Assembly: GCA_964057225.1 (NCBI GenBank)
Contig: CAXKVF010000078.1
Coordinates: 248,001 to 312,000 of the forward strand
Length of the DNA: 64,000 nt
From: Auanema rhodensis
Taxonomy: Eukaryota > Animalia > Nematoda
Reading direction: 5' to 3'
In this document: positions 55,075-64,000 of the stretch, piece after piece
Layout of the letters: each line of letters starts with the position of its first letter
How positions within the stretch are numbered: the first letter of the stretch is position 1
Made by a program: the position numbers and the translations under genes
Notes under the pieces: generated by a model
The model's database searches: none
What the model was told of the DNA's origin: nothing
The model's input: only the letters and a program-made list of their open reading frames with translations

Positions 55075-55602
55075 CAAGTGCACATCACGTGTACATTTAA
55101 TTAGCATAAATTAAAGTTCACGTAAATTTCAAAGTCATGGTTACCATGAACCAATATCAATAAAAATTTGTTTTTAGACTAATATGGACATGGGGAATCT
55201 AATTTTGAAAACCGCATCTCTTTATCTTTCACGTGAAGCGAGTTACATACCAAGTGCACATCACGTGTACATTTAATTAGCATAAATTAAAGTTCACGTA
55301 AATTTCAAAGTCATGGTTACCATGCACCAATATCAATAAAAATTGGTTTTTAGACTAATATGGACATGGGGAATCTAATTTTGAAAACCGCATCTCTTTA
55401 TCTTTCACGTGAAGCGAGTTACATACCAAGTGCACATCACGTGTACATTTAATTAGCATAAATTAAAGTTCACGTAAATTTCAAAGTCATGGTTACCATG
55501 CACCAATATCAATAAAAATTTGTTTTTAGACTAATATGGACATGGGGAATCTAATTTTGAAAACCGCATCTCTTTATCTTTCACGTGAAGCGAGTTACAT
55601 AC

Positions 55603-58600
55603 CAAGTGCACATCACGTGTACATTTAATTAGCATAAATTAAAGTTCACGTAAATTTCAAAGTTATGGTTACCATGCACCAATATCAATAAAAATTTGTT
55701 TTTAGACTAATATGGACATGGGGAATCTAATTTTGAAAACCGCATCTCTTTATCTTTCACGTGAAGCGAGTTACATACCAAGTGCACATCACGTGTACAT
55801 TTATTTAGCATAAATTAAAGTTCACGTAAATTTCAAAGTCATGGTTACCATGAAGCAATATCAATAAAAATTTGTTTTTAGACTAATATGGACATGGGGA
55901 ATCTAATTTTGAAAACCGCATCTCTTTATCTTTCACGTGAAGCGAGTTACATACCAAGTGCACATCACGTGTACATTTAATTAGCATAAATTAAAGTTCA
56001 CGTAAATTTCAAAGTCATGGTTACCATGAAGCAATATCAATAAAAATTTGTTTTTAGACTAATATGGACATGGGAAATCTAATTTTGAAAACCGCATCTC
56101 TTTATCTTTCACGTGAAGCGAGTTACATACCAAGTGCACATCACGTGTACATTTAATTAGCATAAATTAAAGTTCACGTAAATTTCAAAGTCATGGTTAC
56201 CATGAACCAATATCAATAAAAATTTGTTTTTAGACTAATATGGACATGGGGAATCTAATTTTGAAAACCGCATCTCTTTATCTTTCACGTGAAGCGAGTT
56301 ACATACCAAGTGCACATCACGTGTACATTTAATTAGCATAAATTAAAGTTCACGTAAATTTCAAAGTCATGGTTACCATGCACCAATATCAATAAAAATT
56401 TGTTTTTAGATTAATATGGACATGGGGAATCTAATTTTGAAAACCGCATCTCTTTATCTTTCACGTGAAGCGAGTTACATACCAAGTGCACATCACGTGT
56501 ACATTTAATTAGCATAAATTAAAGTTCACGTAAATTTCAAAGTCATGGTTACCATGCACCAATATCAATTAAAATTTGTTTTTAGACTAATATGGACATG
56601 GGGAATCTAATTTTGAAAACCGCATCTCTTTATCTTTCACGTGAAGCGAGTTACATACCAAGTGCACATCACGTGTACATTTAATTAGCATAAATTAAAG
56701 TTCACGTAAATTTCAAAGTCATGGTTACCATGAACCAATATCAATAAAAATTTGTTTTTAGACTAATATGGACATGGGGAATCTAATTTTGAAAACCACA
56801 TTTCTTTATCTTTCACGTGAAGCGAGTTACATACCAAGTGCACATCACGTGTACATTTAATTAGCATAAATTAAAGTTCACGTAAATTTCAAAGTCATGG
56901 TTACCATGCACCAATATCACTAAAAATTTGTTTTTAGACTAATATGGACATGGGGAATCTAATTTTGAAAACCGCATCTCTTTATCTTTCACGTGAAGCA
57001 AGTTACATACCAAGTGCACATCACGTGTACATTTAATTAGCATAAATTAAAGTTCACGTAAATTTCAAAGTCATGGTTACCATGCACCAATATCAATAAA
57101 AATTTGTTTTTAGACTAATATGGACATGGGGAATCTAATTTTGAAAACCGCATCTCTTTATCTTTCACGTGAAGCGAGTTACATACCAAGTGCACATCAC
57201 GTGTACATTTAATTAGCATAAATTAAAGTTCACGTAAATTTCAAAGTCATGGTTACCATGCACCAATATCAATAAAAATTTGTTTTTAGACTAATATGGA
57301 CATGGGGAATCTAATTTTGAAAACCGCATCTCTTTATCTTTCACGTGAAGCGAGTTACATACCAAGTGCACATCACGTGTACATTTAATTAGCATAAATT
57401 AAAGTTCACGTAAATTTCAAAGTCATGGTTACCATGAACCAATATCAATAAAAATTTGTTTTTAGACTAATATGGACATGGGGAATCTAATTTTGAAAAC
57501 CGCATCTCTTTATCTTTCACGTGAAGCGAGTTACATACCAAGTGCACATCACGTGTACATTTAATTAGCATAAATTAAAGTTCACGTAAATTTCAAAGTC
57601 ATGGTTACCATGCACCAATATCAATAAAAATTTGTTTTTAGACTAATATGGACATGGGGAATCTAATTTTGAAAACCGCATCTCTTTATCTTTCACGTGA
57701 AGCGAGTTACATACCAAGTGCACATCACGTGTACATTTAATTAGCATAAATTAAAGTTCACGTAAATTTCAAAGTCATGGTTACCATGCACCAATATCAA
57801 TAAAAATTTGTTTTTAGACTAATATGGACATGGGGAATCTAATTTTGAAAACCGCATCTCTTTATCTTTCACGTGAAGCGAGTTACATACCAAGTGCACA
57901 TCACGTGTACATTTAATTAGCATAAATTAAAGTTCACGTAAATTTCAAAGTTATGGTTACCATGCACCAATATCAATAAAAATTTGTTTTTAGACTAATA
58001 TGGACATGGGGAATCTAATTTTGAAAACCGCATCTCTTTATCTTTCACGTGAAGCGAGTTACATACCAAGTGCACATCACGTGTACATTTATTTAGCATA
58101 AATTAAAGTTCACGTAAATTTCAAAGTCATGGTTACCATGAAGCAATATCAATAAAAATTTGTTTTTAGACTAATATGGACATGGGGAATCTAATTTTGA
58201 AAACCGCATCTCTTTATCTTTCACGTGAAGCGAGTTACATACCAAGTGCACATCACGTGTACATTTATTTAGCATAAATTAAAGTTCACGTAAATTTCAA
58301 AGTTATGGTTACCATGCACCAATATCAATAAAAATTTGTTTTTAGACTAATATGGACATGGGGAATCTAATTTTGAAAACCGCATCTCTTTATCTTTCAC
58401 GTGAAGCGAGTTACATACCAAGTGCACATCACGTGTACATTTATTTAGCATAAATTAAAGTTCACGTAAATTTCAAAGTTATGGTTACCATGCACCAATA
58501 TCAATAAAAATTTGTTTTTAGACTAATATGGACATGGGGAATCTAATTTTGAAAACCGCATCTCTTTATCTTTCACGTGAAGCGAGTTACATACCAAGTG

Positions 58601-61600
58601 CACATCACGTGTACATTTATTTAGCATAAATTAAAGTTCACGTAAATTTCAAAGTCATGGTTACCATGAAGCAATATCAATAAAAATTTGTTTTTAGACT
58701 AATATGGACATGGGAAATCTAATTTTGAAAACCGCATCTCTTTATCTTTCACGTGAAGCGAGTTACATACCAAGTGCACATCACGTGTACATTTAATTAG
58801 CATAAATTAAAGTTCACGTAAATTTCAAAGCCATGGTTACCATGAACCAATATCAATAAAAATTTGTTTTTAGACTAATATGGACATGGGGAATCTAATT
58901 TTGAAAACCGCATCTCTTTATCTTTCACGTGAAGCGAGTTACATACCAAGTGCACATCACGTGTACATTTAATTAGCATAAATTAAAGTTCACGTAAATT
59001 TCAAAGTCATGGTTACCATGCACCAATATCAATAAAAATTTGTTTTTAGACTAATATGGACATGGGGAATCTAATTTTGAAAACCGCATCTCTTTATCTT
59101 TCACGTGAAGCGAGTTACATACCAAGTGCACATCACGTGTACATTTAATTAGCATAAATTAAAGTTCACGTAAATTTCAAAGTCATGGTTACCATGCACC
59201 AATATCAATAAAAATTTGTTTTTAGACTAATATGGACATGGGGAATCTAATTTTGAAAACCGCATCTCTTTATCTTTCACGTGAAGCGAGTTACATACCA
59301 AGTGCACATCACGTGTACATTTAATTAGCATAAATTAAAGTTCACGTAAATTTCAAAGTCATGGTTACCATGCACCAATATCAATAAAAATTTGTTTTTA
59401 GACTAATATGGACATGGGGAATCTAATTTTGAAAACCGCATCTCTTTATCTTTCACGTGAAGCGAGTTACATACCAAGTGCACATCACGTGTACATTTAA
59501 TTAGCATAAATTAAAGTTCACGTAAATTTCAAAGTTATGGTTACCATGCACCAATATCAATAAAAATTTGTTTTTAGACTAATATGGACATGGGGAATCT
59601 AATTTTGAAAACCGCATCTCTTTATCTTTCACGTGAAGCGAGTTACATACCAAGTGCACATCACGTGTACATTTATTTAGCATAAATTAAAGTTCACGTA
59701 AATTTCAAAGTCATGGTTACCATGAAGCAATATCAATAAAAATTTGTTTTTAGACTAATATGGACATGGGGAATCTAATTTTGAAAACCGCATCTCTTTA
59801 TCTTTCACGTGAAGCGAGTTACATACCAAGTGCACATCACGTGTACATTTAATTAGCATAAATTAAAGTTCACGTAAATTTCAAAGTCATGGTTACCATG
59901 AAGCAATATCAATACAAATTTGTTTTTAGACTAATATGGACATGGGAAATCTAATTTTGAAAACCGCATCTCTTTATCTTTCACGTGAAGCGAGTTACAT
60001 ACCAAGTGCACATCACGTGTACATTTAATTAGCATAAATTAAAGTTCACGTAAATTTCAAAGTCATGGTTACCATGCACCAATATCAATAAAAATTTGTT
60101 TTTAGACTAATATGGACATGGGGAATCTAATTTTGAAAACCGCATCTCTTTATCTTTCACGTGAAGCGAGTTACATACCAAGTGCACATCACGTGTACAT
60201 TTAATTAGCATAAATTAAAGTTCACGTAAATTTCAAAGTTATGGTTACCATGCTCCAATATCAATAAAAATTTGTTTTTAGACTAATATGGACATGGGGA
60301 ATCTAATTTTGAAAACCGCATCTCTTTATCTTTCACGTGAAGCGAGTTACATACCAAGTGCACATCACGTGTACATTTATTTAGCATAAATTAAAGTTCA
60401 CGTAAATTTCAAAGTCATGGTTACCATGAAGCAATATCAATAAAAATTTGTTTTTAGACTAATATGGACATGGGGAATCTAATTTTGAAAACCGCATCTC
60501 TTTATCTTTCACGTGAAGCGAGTTACATACCAAGTGCACATCACGTGTACATTTAATTAGCATAAATTAAAGTTCACGTAAATTTCAAAGTCATGGTTAC
60601 CATGAAGCAATATCAATACAAATTTGTTTTTAGACTAATATGGACATGGGAAATCTAATTTTGAAAACCGCATCTCTTTATCTTTCACGTGAAGCGAGTT
60701 ACATACCAAGTGCACATCACGTGTACATTTAATTAGCATAAATTAAAGTTCACGTAAATTTCAAAGCCATGGTTACCATGAACCAATATCAATAAAAATT
60801 TGTTTTTAGACTAATATGGACATGGGGAATCTAATTTTGAAAACCGCATCTCTTTATCTTTCACGTGAAGCGAGTTACATACCAAGTGCACATCACGTGT
60901 ACATTTAATTAGCATAAATTAAAGTTCACGTAAATTTCAAAGTCATGGTTACCATGCACCAATATCAATAAAAATTTGTTTTTAGACTAATATGGACATG
61001 GGGAATCTAATTTTGAAAACCGCATCTCTTTATCTTTCACGTGAAGCGAGTTACATACCAAGTGCACATCACGTGTACATTTAATTAGCATAAATTAAAG
61101 TTCACGTAAATTTCAAAGTCATGGTTACCATGCACCAATATCAATAAAAATTTGTTTTTAGACTAATATGGACATGGGGAATCTAATTTTGAAAACCGCA
61201 TCTCTTTATCTTTCACGTGAAGCGAGTTACATACCAATTGCACATCACGTGTACATTTAATTAGCATAAATTAAAGTTCACGTAAATTTCAAAGTCATGG
61301 TTACCATGCACCAATATCAATAAAAATTTGTATTTAGACTAATATGGACATGGGGAATCTAATTTTGAAAACCGCATCTCTTTATCTTTCACGTGAAGCG
61401 AGTTACATACCAAGTGCACATCACGTGTACATTTAATTAGCATAAATTAAAGTTCACGTAAATTTCAAAGTCATGGTTACCATGCACCAATATCAATAAA
61501 AATTTGTTTTTAGACTAATATGGACATGGGGAATCTAATTTTGAAAACCGCATCTCTTTATCTTTCACGTGAAGCGAGTTACATACCAAGTGCACATCAC

Positions 61601-64000
61601 GTGTACATTTAATTAGCATAAATTAAAGTTCACGTAAATTTCAAAGTCATGGTTACCATGCACCAATATCAATAAAAATTTGTTTTTAGACTAATATGGA
61701 CATGGGGAATCTAATTTTGAAAACCGCATCTCTTTATCTTTCACGTGAAGCGAGTTACATACCAAGTGCACATCACGTGTACATTTAATTAGCATAAATT
61801 AAAGTTCACGTAAATTTCAAAGTTATGGTTACCATGCACCAATATCAATAAAAATTTGTTTTTAGACTAATATGGACATGGGGAATCTAATTTTGAAAAC
61901 CGCATCTCTTTATCTTTCACGTGAAGCGAGTTACATACCAAGTGCACATCACGTGTACATTTATTTAGCATAAATTAAAGTTCACGTAAATTTCAAAGTC
62001 ATGGTTACCATGAAGCAATATCAATAAAAATTTGTTTTTAGACTAATATGGACATGGGGAATCTAATTTTGGAAACCTCATCTCTTTATCTTTCACGTGA
62101 AGCGAGTTACATACCAAGTGCACATCACGTGTACATTTAATTAGCATAAATTAAAGTTCACGTAAATTTCAAAGTCATGGTTACCATGAAGCAATATCAA
62201 TACAAATTTGTTTTTAGACTAATATGGACATGGGAAATCTAATTTTGAAAACCGCATCTCTTTATCTTTCACGTGAAGCGAGTTACATACCAAGTGCACA
62301 TCACGTGTACATTTAATTAGCATAAATTAAAGTTCACGTAAATTTCAAAGCCATGGTTACCATGAACCAATATCAATAAAAATTTGTTTTTAGACTAATA
62401 TGGACATGGGGAATCTAATTTTGAAAACCGCATCTCTTTATCTTTCACGTGAAGCGAGTTACATACCAAGTGCACATCACGTGTACATTTAATTAGCATA
62501 AATTAAAGTTCACGTAAATTTCAAAGTCATGGTTACCATGCACCAATATCAATAAAAATTTGTTTTTAGACTAATATGGACATGGGGAATCTAATTTTGA
62601 AAACCGCATCTCTTTATCTTTCACGTGAAGCGAGTTACATACCAAGTGCACATCACGTGTACATTTAATTAGCATAAATTAAAGTTCACGTAAATTTCAA
62701 AGTCATGGTTACCATGCACCAATATCAATAAAAATTTGTTTTTAGACTAATATGGACATGGGGAATCTAATTTTGAAAACCGCATCTCTTTATCTTTCAC
62801 GTGAAGCGAGTTACATACCAAGTGCACATCACGTGTACATTTAATTAGCATAAATTAAAGTTCACGTAAATTTCAAAGTCATGGTTACCATGCACCAATA
62901 TCAATAAAAATTTGTTTTTAGACTAATATGGACATGGGGAATCTAATTTTGAAAACCGCATCTCTTTATCTTTCACGTGAAGCGAGTTACATACCAAGTG
63001 CACATCACGTGTACATTTAATTAGCATAAATTAAAGTTCACGTAAATTTCAAAGTTATGGTTACCATGCACCAATATCAATAAAAATTTGTTTTTAGACT
63101 AATATGGACATGGGGAATCTAATTTTGAAAACCGCATCTCTTTATCTTTCACGTGAAGCGAGTTACATACCAAGTGCACATCACGTGTACATTTAATTAG
63201 CATAAATTAAAGTTCACGTAAATTTCAAAGTCATGGTTACCATGCACCAATATCAATAAAAATTTGTTTTTAGACTAATATGGACATGGGGAATCTAATT
63301 TTGAAAACCGCATCTCTTTATCTTTCACGTGAAGCGAGTTACATACCAAGTGCACATCACGTGTACATTTAATTAGCATAAATTAAAGTTCACGTAAATT
63401 TCAAAGCCATGGTTACCATGAACCAATATCAATAAAAATTTGTTTTTAGACTAATATGGACATGGGGAATCTAATTTTGAAAACCGCATCTCTTTATCTT
63501 TCACGTGAAGCGAGTTACATACCAAGTGCACATCACGTGTACATTTAATTAGCATAAATTAAAGTTCACGTAAATTTCAAAGTCATGGTTACCATGCACC
63601 AATATCAATAAAAATTTGTTTTTAGACTAATATGGACATGGGGAATCTAATTTTGAAAACCGCATCTCTTTATCTTTCACGTGAAGCGAGTTACATACCA
63701 AGTGCACATCACGTGTACATTTAATTAGCATAAATTAAAGTTCACGTAAATTTCAAAGTCATGGTTACCATGCACCAATATCAATAAAAATTTGTTTTTA
63801 GACTAATATGGACATGGGGAATCTAATTTTGAAAACCGCATCTCTTTATCTTTCACGTGAAGCGAGTTACATACCAAGTGCACATCACGTGTACATTTAA
63901 TTAGCATAAATTAAAGTTCACGTAAATTTCAAAGTCATGGTTACCATGCACCAATATCAATAAAAATTTGTTTTTAGACTAATATGGACATGGGGAATCT
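55603..64000 (+). repeat. Variable-length HOR domain built on a roughly 7-monomer unit
   Basis: The cassette GTTAT-CAC, TTATTT-AAG, AAG+GGGAAA, usually followed by (GCCAT)-AAC and a run of CAC units, starts at 55603, 57891 (rearranged), 59475, 60179 and 61763, and is truncated at 62995. Confidence 0.8.

Larger units (their letters stand above)
1..64000. repeat. 176-bp tandem satellite DNA array (about 363.7 monomers, head-to-tail, single orientation), candidate centromeric/pericentromeric satellite
   Basis: CAAGTGCACATC recurs at 1, 177, 353, 529 and so on to 63875. The period is 176 bp except for 7 monomers with indels. Most monomers differ from consensus at 0-2 sites. The consensus has 56/176 G+C. 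The array runs off both window ends. The satellite call is direct; the centromeric role is inference from nucleosome-scale length and homogeneity. Confidence 0.98.

Noticed and set aside
1-64000. CRISPR array or other repeat-spacer system
   Set aside because: There are no unique spacers. The entire 176 bp is repeated and no cas or other genes are present.
1-64000. The AAC/CAC/AAG monomer order as an encoded message or programmed system
   Set aside because: The order is adequately explained by nested tandem duplication and unequal exchange. Nothing in the sequence indicates a readout mechanism.

Overview
The whole 64-kb window is one uninterrupted, head-to-tail tandem array of a 176-bp AT-rich monomer (about 32% GC). 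It holds 363 complete copies plus a 126-bp partial copy, all in one orientation. Consensus: CAAGTGCACATCACGTGTACATTTAATTAGCATAAATTAAAGTTCACGTAAATTTCAAAGTCATGGTTACCATG[AAC/CAC/AAG]CAATATCAATAAAAATTTGTTTTTAGACTAATATGGACATGGGGAATCTAATTTTGAAAACCGCATCTCTTTATCTTTCACGTGAAGCGAGTTACATAC. Monomer size, homogeneity and organisation are those of eukaryotic satellite DNA, plausibly centromeric or pericentromeric; I cannot name the species or family. I see no genes, RNA genes, transposons, CRISPR spacers or strand switches, and no evidence for a new gene-encoded system. The information lies in two places. First, the monomer architecture: three TCACGT E-box cores 32-33 bp apart, several dyad symmetries and a CENP-B-box-like 17-mer. 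Second, the variant pattern, read by eye monomer by monomer: many local higher-order repeats (HORs) of 2-10 monomers, a nested 3+4=7-mer, an 8-5-3-8 permuted block, chimeric monomers, a 15-kb domain lacking one of three major alleles flanked by related haplotypes, and only 7 indel-bearing monomers. Variant positions are given as monomer coordinates (position 1 = C of CAAGTG).
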